Origin: Armatimonadota bacterium
Lineage (GTDB): Bacteria; Sysuimicrobiota; Sysuimicrobiia; Sysuimicrobiales; Humicultoraceae
Assembly (NCBI GenBank): GCA_052386995.1
Contig: JBQTJP010000111.1
Span: forward strand, 1-25,600
Direction of reading: 5' to 3'
Length of the DNA: 25,600 bases
Shown here: positions 1 through 9,408 of the stretch, piece after piece
Layout of the letters: each line of letters begins with the position of its first letter
Numbering within the stretch: the first letter of the stretch is position 1
The notes under the pieces: generated by a model
Seen by the model: only the letters and a program-made list of their open reading frames with translations
Database searches by the model: none
Told to the model about the DNA's origin: nothing
Position numbers and translations under genes: made by a program

Positions 1-2
1 GG

Positions 3-203
3 CCGCAGTTCTACTTTCGGACGACGGACGTGACGGGGGACATCGCGCTGCCGGGCGGGGTGGAGATGGTGATGCCGGGGGACAACATCACGATGGGGGT
101 GAAGCTGATCACCCCGGTGGCGCTGGAGGAGGGGTTACGGTTTGCGATTCGGGAAGGCGGGCGGACGGTGGGCGCCGGCGTCGTCGTGAAGGTCGAGGCC
201 TAA
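3..203 (+). CDS. tuf: Elongation factor Tu, C-terminal part (gene starts before the window)
   Basis: Frame from base 3 reads [12 protein letters not shown]...EMVMPGDN...[26 protein letters not shown], the EF-Tu domain III signature; TAA at 201-203. Confidence 0.98.
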   Translation, partial: PQFYFRTTDVTGDIALPGGVEMVMPGDNITMGVKLITPVALEEGLRFAIREGGRTVGAGVVVKVEA

Positions 204-206
204 ACG

Positions 207-518
207 ATGGCGGTGGCGCAGAAGATCCGCATCAAGCTCAAGGCCTTCGACCACAAAGTCCTGGATCAATCGGCAGAGAAGATCGTCAGCGTGGTGCGAA
301 AGTCGGGAGCGCGCGTGTCCGGGCCAGTGCCACTGCCCACGAACCGCAACGTCTACTGCGTCATCCGATCCCCGCATATCGATAAGGAGTCGATGGAGCA
401 TTTCGAGATCCGCACCCATCGACGTCTGATCGATATCCTCGAGCCTACGCAGAAGACCGTGGACGAGCTCATGCACCTCGATCTGCCGGCCGGGGTGGAC
501 ATCGAGATCAAGTTGTAG
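207..518 (+). CDS. rpsJ: 30S ribosomal protein S10
   Basis: [15 protein letters not shown]...GPVPLPT...[24 protein letters not shown]; first gene of the S10 cluster. Confidence 0.99.
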   Translation: MAVAQKIRIKLKAFDHKVLDQSAEKIVSVVRKSGARVSGPVPLPTNRNVYCVIRSPHIDKESMEHFEIRTHRRLIDILEPTQKTVDELMHLDLPAGVDIEIKL

Positions 519-526
519 GGGCGACC

Positions 527-1243
527 GTGGCAGCGATTCTCGGACGGAAACTTGGCATGACCCGCGTCTTCGATGACGGCGGCCAGAGCGTTCCCGTGAC
601 GGTGATCGAGGCGGGGCCGTGCGTCGTCGTCGATACATGCACCCAGGAGCGCGACGGCTACGCCGCCGTGCGCGTTGCCTTCGATCCCATTGCAGAGCGC
701 AAGGTGACCAAGCCAATGAAGGGCGTGTTTGCCAAGCGCAAAGTGGCCCCGCATCGGGTTATCCGCGAGCTGCCGACGCCGGACCCGCAGGCAGGCGCCC
801 CGCCGCTCGAGCCCGGGCAGACCATCACCGTCGAGGTGTTCGCGGCCGGTCAGCTCGTCGACGTCACCGGTACGAGCATCGGCCGAGGGTTTACGGGCGC
901 CATGAAGCGCCACGGCTTTGGCGGGCAGCGCGACTCGCACGGCGTGTCGCTGATGCACCGCGCCGTGGGGTCAATCGGCCAGTCGAATATCGCCCGCGTC
1001 TTCCCGGGCAAGAAGATGCCCGGACGCGCGGGGCGGAAGCGCGTGACGGTAAAGCGCCTGCGCGTCGTGCAGGTTGACCCGCAGCGCAACCTGCTGCTGG
1101 TGCACGGCGCGACCCCCGGGATCCGCGGCGCGCTGCTGACCGTGCGGAGCGCGAAGGGCGCGGCGAGGGAGAAGCCGGCAGCCGGCAAGGCGCCGGGCGC
1201 CGCGGCAACGGAACAGAAGGCGAGAGGCAAGGCCCGTGCCTAA
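527..1243 (+). CDS. rplC: 50S ribosomal protein L3 with Ala/Lys-rich C-terminal tail
   Basis: [12 protein letters not shown]...[10 protein letters not shown]...DGYAAV...[14 protein letters not shown]...GKKMPG; synteny. Confidence 0.99.
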   Translation: MAAILGRKLGMTRVFDDGGQSVPVTVIEAGPCVVVDTCTQERDGYAAVRVAFDPIAERKVTKPMKGVFAKRKVAPHRVIRELPTPDPQAGAPPLEPGQTITVEVFAAGQLVDVTGTSIGRGFTGAMKRHGFGGQRDSHGVSLMHRAVGSIGQSNIARVFPGKKMPGRAGRKRVTVKRLRVVQVDPQRNLLLVHGATPGIRGALLTVRSAKGAAREKPAAGKAPGAAATEQKARGKARA

Positions 1244-1877
1244 GGCGACCACCGTCGATCTCAGCGGGACGCGCACCGGCGAGCGCGAGCTGCCCGAGGC
1301 GATCTTCGGGCTGCGGCCGCACCGGGCCGTCATGCATCGGGCCCTGGTGGCCGAACTGGCGAACGGGCGGGCGGGCACGCACGCGACGCTCACGCGCGGC
1401 GACGTCAGGGGCGGGGGGCGGAAGCCCTGGCGGCAGAAGGGTACCGGGCGCGCGCGTCAGGGAAGCCGGCGCTCGCCGCTGTGGATTGGCGGCGGCATCA
1501 CATTCGGGCCGCACATACGCAGCCACGCCCAAAAGCAGTCCAGGAAGGAACGTGCCCTGGCGCTTCGCTCGGCGCTCTCGGCACAGGCGCTCGCCGGACG
1601 GGTGGTCATCGTTGAGCCGTCCGGGGCCGGACAGTCCGCGCCCCAAGGCTCCGGCACGAAAGCGGTGGCAGCGCTGCTCGCATCGCTTGATGCCAGAGCC
1701 GGCTCGGTGATCGTCACCGGGACGGACGACGCGGCCCTGGCCCGGGCCGCCGCGAACATTCGGGGCACGCGGGTGCTCTCGGCCCGGCGGCTCGTGCTCC
1801 GCCACCTCCTGGTGCCGCGCCCTATCGTGATTACGACATCCGCGCTGACCGCCCTGGAAGAGGTGCTCGGCCGATGA
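1236..1877 (+). CDS. rplD: 50S ribosomal protein L4
   Basis: GTHATLTRGDVRGGGRKPWRQKGTGRARQGSRRSPLWIGGGITFGP motif. Confidence 0.99.
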   Translation: MPKATTVDLSGTRTGERELPEAIFGLRPHRAVMHRALVAELANGRAGTHATLTRGDVRGGGRKPWRQKGTGRARQGSRRSPLWIGGGITFGPHIRSHAQKQSRKERALALRSALSAQALAGRVVIVEPSGAGQSAPQGSGTKAVAALLASLDARAGSVIVTGTDDAALARAAANIRGTRVLSARRLVLRHLLVPRPIVITTSALTALEEVLGR

Positions 1878-2158
1878 GCCACGAGGGCGTGATCCGGCGG
1901 CCGATCCTGACCGAGAAAAGCCTGCGCGGAAACGAAGGCGGCAAGTACACGTTCGAGGTCGCCCCGGGCGCGAACAAGATTGCTGTACGTCATGCCGTTG
2001 AGGCGATGTTCTCCGTGCGCGTGCGCAAGGTCAATGTGATCAATATCCGAGGACGAACCCGTCGGCGGGGACGCTATGAGTTTTCCGCTCCGGGCAGGCG
2101 CAAGGCGATCGTCACGCTCGCGCCGGGCCAGAAGATCGATCTCGAGAGCCTGACCTAG
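1874..2158 (+). CDS. rplW: 50S ribosomal protein L23
   Basis: [10 protein letters not shown]...YTFEV...[18 protein letters not shown]...KAIVTL. Confidence 0.98.
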   Translation: MSHEGVIRRPILTEKSLRGNEGGKYTFEVAPGANKIAVRHAVEAMFSVRVRKVNVINIRGRTRRRGRYEFSAPGRRKAIVTLAPGQKIDLESLT

Positions 2159-2180
2159 GGCTGGGGCGAGGGAGGCCGCG

Positions 2181-3005
2181 ATGGGCACCAAGAAGTTTAA
2201 ACCGACCACGCCGGGACGGCGTTTTGCGACCGTTCCCAATTTCGACGGGATTACCAAGACCGCGCCGCAGCGCGCGCTTCTAGACACGTTGCGGCGGCGA
2301 GCCGGACGCAATGGACAGGGGAAGGTCACGGTCCGTCATCAGGGCGGTGGGCACAAGCGGCAGTACCGGATCATCGATTTCAAGCGCGACAAGGACGGAG
2401 TCCCAGCGAAGGTCGCAGCGATCGAGTATGATCCCAACCGATCCGCGCGCCTGGCGCTGCTGCAGTATGCCGACGGCGAGAAGCGGTATATCCTGGCCGC
2501 GGTCGGGCTGGGGGTGGGCGACACCGTCGCCTCGGGTCCCGAGGCAGACATCCGGCCGGGCAATGCGCTCCCGCTCCGCGCGATTCCTGTCGGCACCGTG
2601 GTGCACAACATCGAGCTCCTCCCCATGCGGGGAGGGCAGATGGTGCGGGCCGCCGGCGGCGGGGCGCAGATCATGGCCAAGGAAGGCGAGAACGCCCATC
2701 TGCGCCTGCCCTCCGGTGAGGTGCGTCTGGTGCGGCTGGACTGCCGGGCAACGGTCGGGCAGGTAGGGAACGTCGAGCACGAGGCCGCCAAGCTGGGGAA
2801 GGCCGGCCGCTCACGATGGAAGGGCCGGCGGCCGTCGGTGCGTGGCGTGGCGATGGATCCCTCCAGTCACCCGCACGGCGGGGGCGAGGGACGGTCGCCG
2901 ATCGGGATGCCGGGGCCGGTTAGTCCCTGGGGCAAGCCCACGCTGGGCTACAAGACGCGGAAGGCCAAGCGCAGTGACGCGCTGATCGTGAAGCGGCGCG
3001 AGTAG
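2181..3005 (+). CDS. rplB: 50S ribosomal protein L2
   Basis: [41 protein letters not shown] motifs. Confidence 0.99.
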   Translation: MGTKKFKPTTPGRRFATVPNFDGITKTAPQRALLDTLRRRAGRNGQGKVTVRHQGGGHKRQYRIIDFKRDKDGVPAKVAAIEYDPNRSARLALLQYADGEKRYILAAVGLGVGDTVASGPEADIRPGNALPLRAIPVGTVVHNIELLPMRGGQMVRAAGGGAQIMAKEGENAHLRLPSGEVRLVRLDCRATVGQVGNVEHEAAKLGKAGRSRWKGRRPSVRGVAMDPSSHPHGGGEGRSPIGMPGPVSPWGKPTLGYKTRKAKRSDALIVKRRE

Positions 3006-3031
3006 GGCGAAGAGGGCGGGAGGACGCCGGG

Positions 3032-3316
3032 ATGGGGCGATCACGGAAGAAGGGGCCGTTCGTGGACGAGCATCTGGCCGAGAAGGTTCGAGACCTCAAC
3101 CGGTCGCGCGAACGCCGGGTGATCAAGACCTGGTCACGGCGCTCGACGGTCCTCCCCGAGTTCGTGGGGCACACGATCGCGGTCTACGACGGTCGGAAGC
3201 ATGTGCCGATCTACGTGACCGAGCAAATGGTCGGGCACAAGCTCGGTGAGTTCGCGCCCACACGCACGTTCAAGGGCCACGGCGTGGCGTCAGAACGAGC
3301 GCCCACCCCAAGGTAG
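3032..3316 (+). CDS. rpsS: 30S ribosomal protein S19
   Basis: [10 protein letters not shown]...IKTWSRRS...[11 protein letters not shown]...[13 protein letters not shown]. Confidence 0.99.
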   Translation: MGRSRKKGPFVDEHLAEKVRDLNRSRERRVIKTWSRRSTVLPEFVGHTIAVYDGRKHVPIYVTEQMVGHKLGEFAPTRTFKGHGVASERAPTPR

Positions 3317-3452
3317 TGCGCGTGGGCAACAGAAGCGGACGGTACCACGTCGTGCGCGTGTCGGTGAGGTGCCGGAAGCGTTTGGCAGTTGTGCCTTATG
3401 ACGTGCGCGTGATGAGCAGAATCGGGCAACCTGCCACGTCGCGCGCGTGCCG
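3316..3452 (+). repeat. Degenerate two-copy direct repeat / structured spacer between rpsS and rplV
   Basis: Motif series GTGCGCGTG-N5-CAGAA-N-CGG...CCACGTCG(T/C)GCGCGTG occurs at about 3316-3362 and again at about 3403-3451; a long G-U-rich stem can form between 3348-3362 and 3400-3414. Confidence 0.55.
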
Positions 3453-3469
3453 AGCACCAGGAGGTTAGC

Positions 3470-3811
3470 GTGGAAGCGAAGGCGACAGCCAAGTATCAAC
3501 AGATCTCGCCGCTCAAAGTCCGGCGGGCGCTGGCCGGACTGCGCGGCATGCCGGTAGGCGAGGCCGCGGCGCGCCTCAACATGGCGCCCGGTGTGATCGC
3601 GAAGGCGGTGGCCAAGGTGCTGAAATCGGCCGTGGCCAACGCCGAGAACAACTACAATCTTGACGCCGACGACCTAATCGTCGCGCGGGCATTCGCCGAC
3701 CGAGGCCCGGTGGCCAAGCGCGTCACGCCCCGTGCGCGCGGGCGCGCCGATGTCCTCCTCAAGCGCAGCAGTCATATCACGGTGGTCGTGGGAGAGCGGC
3801 CGGGCCGGTAG
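3470..3811 (+). CDS. rplV: 50S ribosomal protein L22
   Basis: [15 protein letters not shown]...[13 protein letters not shown]...PRARGRA...[18 protein letters not shown] upstream of the GTG. Confidence 0.99.
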   Translation: MEAKATAKYQQISPLKVRRALAGLRGMPVGEAAARLNMAPGVIAKAVAKVLKSAVANAENNYNLDADDLIVARAFADRGPVAKRVTPRARGRADVLLKRSSHITVVVGERPGR

Positions 3812-3836
3812 GCCCGCGCAGAATCCGGAGGGCACA

Positions 3837-4625
3837 GTGGGGCAAAAGGTCAATCCGATCGGGTTGCGGGTCGGGATCATCAGGGACTGGGAATCCCGGT
3901 GGTACGCCAAGAACATGGCGGCGCTCATCGAGGAAGACCAGAAGATTCGCACCCTGATCAAGAAGAAGATGTATCGCGCCGGGATCTCGCGCGTGGAGAT
4001 TGAGCGGGCGGCCAATCGCGTGCGCGTCGTTATCCATTCGGCGCGTCCGGGTATCATCATCGGTCGCGGCGGCACCGGCATCGACGCGCTGAAGAAGGAA
4101 CTGGACGCCCTGACCGGACGGCAGATCCTGCTCAGCGTGAACGAGGTCCGGCGTCCCGAGATCGAGGCCCAGCTCGTGGCAGAGAACGTCGCGCAGCAGC
4201 TGGAACGCCGTATCGCGTACCGGCGCGCGATGAAGCAGGCGGTGCAGCGCAGCCTCCGGGCGGGCGCCAAGGGTATCCGGATTGCTTGCAGCGGCCGGCT
4301 GGGAGGTTCGGAGATCGCGCGCTACGAGTGGTACCGGGAGGGCCGCGTGCCCCTGCACACGCTGCGGGCCGACATCGACTTCGGGGTCGCGGAGGCGCTC
4401 ACGACCTACGGGCGCATCGGCGTCAAAGTCTGGATCTACCGCGGCGAGATCTTGCCCGAGGGCCGGCGGCACGAGCCGGAGCACCGGCGCCCGCCCCGTT
4501 CGGAACCCGCGGGACCCGCAAGCGGGTACGCCGGCGCCGGCGGAGGCCCCGTCGTGATTCCAACGCGGACGCCGCCGGTGTCCGTACGAAGGAAGCAGGG
4601 CGATGCTGGCACCCAAGCGGACTAA
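3837..4625 (+). CDS. rpsC: 30S ribosomal protein S3 with extended C-terminus
   Basis: GTG start at 3837 after SD GGAGG gives [14 protein letters not shown]...RPGIIIG...[13 protein letters not shown]...[10 protein letters not shown]. The ORF-track start at 3732 is an upstream artefact. Confidence 0.98.
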   Translation: MGQKVNPIGLRVGIIRDWESRWYAKNMAALIEEDQKIRTLIKKKMYRAGISRVEIERAANRVRVVIHSARPGIIIGRGGTGIDALKKELDALTGRQILLSVNEVRRPEIEAQLVAENVAQQLERRIAYRRAMKQAVQRSLRAGAKGIRIACSGRLGGSEIARYEWYREGRVPLHTLRADIDFGVAEALTTYGRIGVKVWIYRGEILPEGRRHEPEHRRPPRSEPAGPASGYAGAGGGPVVIPTRTPPVSVRRKQGDAGTQAD

Positions 4626-5013
4626 GTTTCGCAAGGCACACCGCGGCAATATGGCCGGCAAGGTCCTTGCAGGTACGTCGGTGGCCTTCGGCGAGTATGG
4701 CCTGCAGGCGCTGGAGCCGGGCTGGCTCACGAGTGCCCAGCTGGAGGCGGCGCGCCGCACGATCACCCGCTTCATCAAGCGGGGCGGGAAGCTGTGGATC
4801 CGAGTCTTCCCCGACAAGCCGGTGACAAAGAAACCGGCGGAGACGCGGATGGGCAGCGGCAAGGGCAACCCGGAGTTCTGGGTCGCGGTCGTCCGGCCCG
4901 GCCGCGTGCTCTTTGAGCTCGCGGGGGTGGATGAGCCGAATGCGCGCGAGGCGATGATGCTGGCCTCGCACAAGCTGCCGATCGATACCAAGTTCGTGTC
5001 ACGGGCGACGTGA
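4603..5013 (+). CDS. rplP: 50S ribosomal protein L16
   Basis: [11 protein letters not shown]...[10 protein letters not shown]...[24 protein letters not shown]. Confidence 0.99.
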   Translation: MLAPKRTKFRKAHRGNMAGKVLAGTSVAFGEYGLQALEPGWLTSAQLEAARRTITRFIKRGGKLWIRVFPDKPVTKKPAETRMGSGKGNPEFWVAVVRPGRVLFELAGVDEPNAREAMMLASHKLPIDTKFVSRAT

Positions 5014-5015
5014 CA

Positions 5016-5204
5016 ATGAAGGCCAGCGCGCTGCGGGAGATGACGCCCGCGGAAATTCAGAAGAAGCTCGGCGAGGCCGAGCGCGAGCTCTTTTCGCTGA
5101 CGATCAAGGTGTCGCAGACGCCCAACACGGCGAGGATCCGCGACGTGCGGCGCGACATCGCGCGCATGAAGGCGGCACTCGGCGCACGGGGCATACGGGT
5201 GTAG
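5016..5204 (+). CDS. rpmC: 50S ribosomal protein L29
   Basis: MKASALREMT...ELFSL...NTARIRDVRRDIARMK; start is ATG 5016 or GTG 5010. Confidence 0.95.
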   Translation: MKASALREMTPAEIQKKLGEAERELFSLTIKVSQTPNTARIRDVRRDIARMKAALGARGIRV

Positions 5205-5219
5205 CGGAGCAGAGGAGCA

Positions 5220-5477
5220 ATGGCGGAGCGAGGGCGGCGGAAGAGTCAGGTGGGCGTAGTCACCAGCGACAAGATGGCCAAGACCGTTGTCGTAAAGATC
5301 GACACGGTGACGCGCCATCCGCTGTACAAGAAGACGATTCGCAAGAGCAAGGCGCTCAAGGCGCACGACGAGGAGAACGCGGCCAAGGTCGGCGATCAGG
5401 TGCGCATCGTCGAGTCTCGGCCCCTGTCCAGGGAGAAGCGCTGGCGGGTCGTCGAGATCCTCAAGCGGGCGCAGTAG
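5220..5477 (+). CDS. rpsQ: 30S ribosomal protein S17
   Basis: [14 protein letters not shown]...HPLYKKTI...AHDEEN.AKVGD.V.I.ESRPLS..KRW. Confidence 0.99.
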   Translation: MAERGRRKSQVGVVTSDKMAKTVVVKIDTVTRHPLYKKTIRKSKALKAHDEENAAKVGDQVRIVESRPLSREKRWRVVEILKRAQ

Positions 5478-5495
5478 CGAGGCGGAGAGGCAGCC

Positions 5496-5864
5496 GTGAT
5501 CCAGCAAGAGAGCCGTCTGAAGGTCGCGGACAACACCGGCGCGCGGGAGATCCTGTGCATCCGGGTCCTCGGCGGTTCGCATCGGCGCTACGCGACCGTG
5601 GGGGACATCATCGTGGCCTCTGTGCAGCTCGCCATCCCCAACAGTCCCGTGAAGAAAGGGGAGGTCGTTCGCGCCGTCGTGGTGCGGACGCGTAAGGAGC
5701 TCCGCCGGCCGGACGGCTCCTACATCCGGTTCGACGACAACGCCGCCGTGCTGCTGTCCGACGCGCAGAACCCCCGGGGCACGCGGATTTTCGGTCCGGT
5801 CGCCCGGGAGCTCAGGGAGAAGCAGTTCATGAAGATCATCTCGCTCGCGCCGGAAGTGCTGTGA
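5496..5864 (+). CDS. rplN: 50S ribosomal protein L14
   Basis: [16 protein letters not shown]...[13 protein letters not shown]...[13 protein letters not shown]...IISLAPEVL. Confidence 0.99.
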   Translation: MIQQESRLKVADNTGAREILCIRVLGGSHRRYATVGDIIVASVQLAIPNSPVKKGEVVRAVVVRTRKELRRPDGSYIRFDDNAAVLLSDAQNPRGTRIFGPVARELREKQFMKIISLAPEVL

Positions 5865-5883
5865 GCGAGGCGGAGGTGGAGTC

Positions 5884-6225
5884 ATGCCGGTCGTAGAGGC
5901 CAGGCCCCGGCTGCACCTGCGCAAGGGGGACATGGTCGAGGTCCTCGCCGGGAAGTATCGTGGCAAGCGCGGCAAGGTGCTTCAGGTCCTGCGGGAGCGT
6001 GGGCGCGCGATCGTGGAAGGCGTGAACATCGTCAAGCGCCACGTGAAGCCGAACCGCAAGGTTCCGCAGGGCGGGATCGTCGAGAAAGAGGCCCCGTTAC
6101 CGGCGGCGCGTCTCATGGTCGTGTGCGCCAGGTGCGGGGAGGCCGCTCGCTTGGGCCACCGGTATCTGGCGGACGGCACGAAGGTGCGGTACTGCAAGCA
6201 CTGCGGTGAACAGCTCGAGAAGTAG
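5884..6225 (+). CDS. rplX: 50S ribosomal protein L24 (zinc-ribbon type, CARC...CKHC)
   Basis: KOW motif [39 protein letters not shown]. Confidence 0.98.
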   Translation: MPVVEARPRLHLRKGDMVEVLAGKYRGKRGKVLQVLRERGRAIVEGVNIVKRHVKPNRKVPQGGIVEKEAPLPAARLMVVCARCGEAARLGHRYLADGTKVRYCKHCGEQLEK

Positions 6226-6239
6226 GAGCGACGAGGACA

Positions 6240-6812
6240 ATGCCGGCCAGGCTGAGAGAACGCTATCGAACCGATGCGGCGCCCAAGATGCGGGAGCGCT
6301 TCCAGTATCGCAACGTGATGGAGATCCCGCGCCTGGAGAAGGTCGTGATCAATATCCGAGTGGGCGGCGCGACCTCCGACCCGCGGCTGATCGACAAGGC
6401 CGTGGAGGAATTGACGCTCATCGCCGGCCAGCGGCCGCTCGTGACCCGCGCCCACCGATCGATCGCGGCCTTCAAGCTGCGGGCGGGGATGCCCATCGGG
6501 GCCAAGGTCACACTGCGGGGCGACCGGATGTTTGAGTTCGTCGACAAGCTGTTCAATGTGGCCTTGCCGCGCATCAAGGACTTCAAGGGCGTCTCCGAGC
6601 GGGCGTTCGACGGACGCGGCAACCTCAACATCGGCATCAAAGAGCAGTTGATCTTTCCCGAGGTGGACTACGACAAGGTCGACAAGGTTCGCGGGATGGA
6701 CATCACCGTGGTGACGACGGCCCGCACGGACGAGCAGGCGCGGGAGCTTCTGCGGCTGCTGGGGCTGGCGCTGCGCGAGGCCGGGCAGACCGCGTCGGGC
6801 GCAGGGGCATAA
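6240..6812 (+). CDS. rplE: 50S ribosomal protein L5
   Basis: [10 protein letters not shown]...IAGQRP...[21 protein letters not shown]...FDGRGN...EQLIFPE. Confidence 0.99.
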   Translation: MPARLRERYRTDAAPKMRERFQYRNVMEIPRLEKVVINIRVGGATSDPRLIDKAVEELTLIAGQRPLVTRAHRSIAAFKLRAGMPIGAKVTLRGDRMFEFVDKLFNVALPRIKDFKGVSERAFDGRGNLNIGIKEQLIFPEVDYDKVDKVRGMDITVVTTARTDEQARELLRLLGLALREAGQTASGAGA

Positions 6813-6826
6813 GAGAGGAGTTTGGG

Positions 6827-7012
6827 GTGGCGAAGAAAGCGCTGCTGGAGAAGTGGAAGCGCAAGCCAAAGTTCAAGGTTCGCGCGTACTCCCGCTGCCG
6901 CCGGTGCGGCCGGCCCCGGGCGGTGTTTCGGCGTTTCGGGCTGTGCCGGATATGCATGCGGCAACTGGCCTACCGGGGCGAGATCCCGGGGATGGTCAAG
7001 GCGAGCTGGTAG
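6827..7012 (+). CDS. rpsZ: 30S ribosomal protein S14, short Zn-binding type Z
   Basis: 61 aa, MAKKA...[18 protein letters not shown]...FGLCRICMR...GEIPG..KASW. Confidence 0.98.
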   Translation: MAKKALLEKWKRKPKFKVRAYSRCRRCGRPRAVFRRFGLCRICMRQLAYRGEIPGMVKASW

Positions 7013-7025
7013 GAGGGCTTCCGCC

Positions 7026-7430
7026 GTGGGTGGAGTGATTACCGATTCGATCGCTGACATGCTGACCCGGCTGCGCAACGCCAACGCAGCCCGGCATGAT
7101 TCTGTGCACGTGCCGAGCAGCAGGATGAAACTGGAGATTGCCAAGATTCTCAAGGCGGAGGGATTCATCTCTGACTTTCAGGTCGTCGAGAAGCAGCCGC
7201 AGAATCAGCTGCGCCTGCAGATCCGGTACGGGCCCCGCCGCCAGCAGATACTGACCGGGATCCGCCGGGTGAGTCGCCCCGGCCTGCGTATCTACGCGAA
7301 GCGCGCCGCCGTGCCGCATGTGCGCGGGGGCTTGGGCGTGGCCATCATCTCGACATCGAGAGGGATCATGACCGACAAGGAAGCCCGCCGCGTCGGCGTC
7401 GGCGGTGAAGTGATCTGCTATGTTTGGTAG
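7026..7430 (+). CDS. rpsH: 30S ribosomal protein S8
   Basis: [14 protein letters not shown]...SRPGLRIY...[17 protein letters not shown]...GGEVICYVW; start GTG 7026 (SD AGGAGG at 7011) or GTG 7035. Confidence 0.98.
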   Translation: MGGVITDSIADMLTRLRNANAARHDSVHVPSSRMKLEIAKILKAEGFISDFQVVEKQPQNQLRLQIRYGPRRQQILTGIRRVSRPGLRIYAKRAAVPHVRGGLGVAIISTSRGIMTDKEARRVGVGGEVICYVW

Positions 7431-7454
7431 CCGCGTCGTCGTGGAGGTCGTCCC

Positions 7455-8018
7455 GTGTCGCGGATAGGGCGCCTGCCCGTCGCCCTGCCGAAGGGCGTTG
7501 ACGTCAAAGTGACCGGCCGCACCGTTGAGGTCAAGGGCCCCAAGGGAGCGCTGTCCCGCGCCGTTCACCCCGACATGCGTGTGGGCGTCAGTGAAGGGCA
7601 GGTCACCGTCGCCCGGCCCTCGGATCAGCGGCACCACCGGGCCCTGCACGGTCTGACCCGGGCGTTGATCGCCAACATGGTCAAAGGCGTCGTGGATGGC
7701 TATCGAGTCAGTCTCGAGATCCACGGTGTCGGCTACCGGGCCACGAAGCAGGGCCGCCAGCTCGTCCTGCAGATTGGCTACACGCATCCGGTCGAGTTTA
7801 CGCCGCCGGCCGGGGTCGAATTCGACGTCCCGCAGCCGAACCGAATCGGGATCGTGGGGTCAGACAAGGAAGTGGTGGGCCAGCTTGCGGCCACGCTGCG
7901 GGCCGTCCGCCCCCCCGATCCATATAAAGGGAAGGGCATCCGATATGCCGGCGAGCGCATCCGGTTGAAGGCCGGCAAGGCCGGCAAGACAGCGGGTGTC
8001 GCCGGGAAGCCGGCGTAG
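7455..8018 (+). CDS. rplF: 50S ribosomal protein L6
   Basis: MSRIGRLPV...VKGPKG...[16 protein letters not shown]...[13 protein letters not shown]. Confidence 0.99.
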   Translation: MSRIGRLPVALPKGVDVKVTGRTVEVKGPKGALSRAVHPDMRVGVSEGQVTVARPSDQRHHRALHGLTRALIANMVKGVVDGYRVSLEIHGVGYRATKQGRQLVLQIGYTHPVEFTPPAGVEFDVPQPNRIGIVGSDKEVVGQLAATLRAVRPPDPYKGKGIRYAGERIRLKAGKAGKTAGVAGKPA

Positions 8019-8027
8019 GAGCGGGAG

Positions 8028-8396
8028 ATGTACACGCGTACCGATCGCAATGTTCTGCGGCAGCGCCGGCACGTGCGGGCGCGACGTCGATTGAGCGGCG
8101 CCCCCGACCGGCCTCGGCTGTCGGTCTTCCGGAGCCTGAAGCAGATCTACGCGCAGGTTATCGACGACACCAGCGGCCGGACTCTGGTCGCCGCGTCAAC
8201 GCGCGACCCCGAGATCCGCGAGCGCGTGGCCGGCAAGAAGAAGGCCGAGGCCGCCACGGTGGTCGGCGAGGTGTTGGCCAAGAGGGCGCTCGCCGGCGGC
8301 ATCAGCGCGGTGGTGTTCGATCGCGCAGGCTACCTATTTCACGGACGGGTCCGGGCGCTGGCAGAAGGCGCCCGAGCCGCCGGACTTCGGTTCTAA
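8028..8396 (+). CDS. rplR: 50S ribosomal protein L18
   Basis: [20 protein letters not shown]...[22 protein letters not shown]. Confidence 0.99.
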   Translation: MYTRTDRNVLRQRRHVRARRRLSGAPDRPRLSVFRSLKQIYAQVIDDTSGRTLVAASTRDPEIRERVAGKKKAEAATVVGEVLAKRALAGGISAVVFDRAGYLFHGRVRALAEGARAAGLRF

Positions 8397-8416
8397 CGCC
8401 GGCGGGAGGGACGACA

Positions 8417-8929
8417 GTGCCACAACGTATCGATCCGTCGAACATCAACCTGACCGTGGAGAAGGCGGTCTTCATCAACCGCGTCGCCAAGGTGACGAAG
8501 GGCGCGAAGCGTTTCAACTTCAGCGCGCTCGTCGTCGTGGGCGATGAGAACGGACATGTGGGCGTCGGTCTGGGGAAGGCCGCCGAAGTGCCGGACGCCA
8601 TCCGCAAGGGCGTCGAGGATGCCAAGAAGGGACTCATGGCGGTTCGGCGGTCGGGCACCACGATCCCTCACGAGGTCATGGGAAGATACGGCGCGGCGAA
8701 GGTCATGCTCCGCCCCGCCTCTGAGGGCACCGGCGTCATCGCCGGCGGCGCAGTGCGCGCCGTGCTCGAGGCCTCCGGGATCAAGGACATTCTGACCAAG
8801 GCCTTGGGATCCACCAACTCGATCAACATCGCCCGGGCCACGCTGGCGGGACTCGACGCACTCCGCCAGCCCGAAGAGGTGGCGCGGATGCGCGGCCGGA
8901 CCGTCGAGCAACTGGCCAGGAGAGCATAG
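8417..8929 (+). CDS. rpsE: 30S ribosomal protein S5
   Basis: [24 protein letters not shown]...[12 protein letters not shown]...[15 protein letters not shown]. Confidence 0.99.
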   Translation: MPQRIDPSNINLTVEKAVFINRVAKVTKGAKRFNFSALVVVGDENGHVGVGLGKAAEVPDAIRKGVEDAKKGLMAVRRSGTTIPHEVMGRYGAAKVMLRPASEGTGVIAGGAVRAVLEASGIKDILTKALGSTNSINIARATLAGLDALRQPEEVARMRGRTVEQLARRA

Positions 8930-8931
8930 CG

Positions 8932-9408
8932 ATGCCAGGGCAGTCCGTCACCACGCTGAGACCACCCCAGGGCGCCCGCCGGCGCCGTCGCAGGGTCGGC
9001 CGCGGGCTTGGGTCGGGCCGCGGGGTGTATGCCGGCCGTGGGCGTAAGGGGCAGAAGGCCCGCGCAGGTCCTGGACCGCGTCCGGGGTTCGAAGGCGGGC
9101 AGACCCGCCTGTCCAAGCGGCTGCCCTACCTCCGCGGGGTCCGCGGCGCCGGCAGCAACATGACCGGCGGCGGATCGCGCCCTCGGATGCAGGAGGTCAA
9201 GCTGGCCGACCTGGGGCGCTTCACCGCCGGTACCGAGGTGACGCCGGCGGTGTTGCGGGACGCCGGAGTGGTGCGGTCGGGCCGCATCAAGGTGCTGGCC
9301 ACCGGACGCCTGGCCCACGCTCTCGTGGTACGCGCGCATGCCTTTTCGGCCGGGGCACGCAAGGCTATCGAGGCCGCGGGCGGCCGTGCGGAGGTGCTCG
9401 CGCGATGA
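8932..9408 (+). CDS. rplO: 50S ribosomal protein L15
   Basis: [11 protein letters not shown]...[10 protein letters not shown]...FEGGQT...RLP...[14 protein letters not shown]. Confidence 0.98.
   Translation: MPGQSVTTLRPPQGARRRRRRVGRGLGSGRGVYAGRGRKGQKARAGPGPRPGFEGGQTRLSKRLPYLRGVRGAGSNMTGGGSRPRMQEVKLADLGRFTAGTEVTPAVLRDAGVVRSGRIKVLATGRLAHALVVRAHAFSAGARKAIEAAGGRAEVLAR

Noticed and set aside
3408..3440. GTGATGAG followed by a stem, resembling a hammerhead core or box C motif
   Set aside because: No CUGA start, no GAAA after stem II and no partner box D; not supportable as a ribozyme or K-turn.
3316..3452. Repeat-spacer-repeat pattern as a mini CRISPR array
   Set aside because: Only two highly degenerate copies, inside a ribosomal operon, with no cas genes.
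3732..3836. Upstream extensions in the ORF track (rpsC 3732, rpsH 6822, ecfA1 15760, ecfA2 16583, ecfT 17499, HD-GYP 22738)
   Set aside because: They overlap upstream genes; conserved N-termini and SD or stop-start coupling point to later starts.
3777..5975. 732-aa minus-strand ORF, and similar long antisense ORFs (9126-10958, 12320-13549, 14363-15688, 16475-18076, 19063-20517)
   Set aside because: Shadow ORFs opposite well-conserved genes; expected from stop-codon scarcity in GC-rich DNA; no recognisable motifs.
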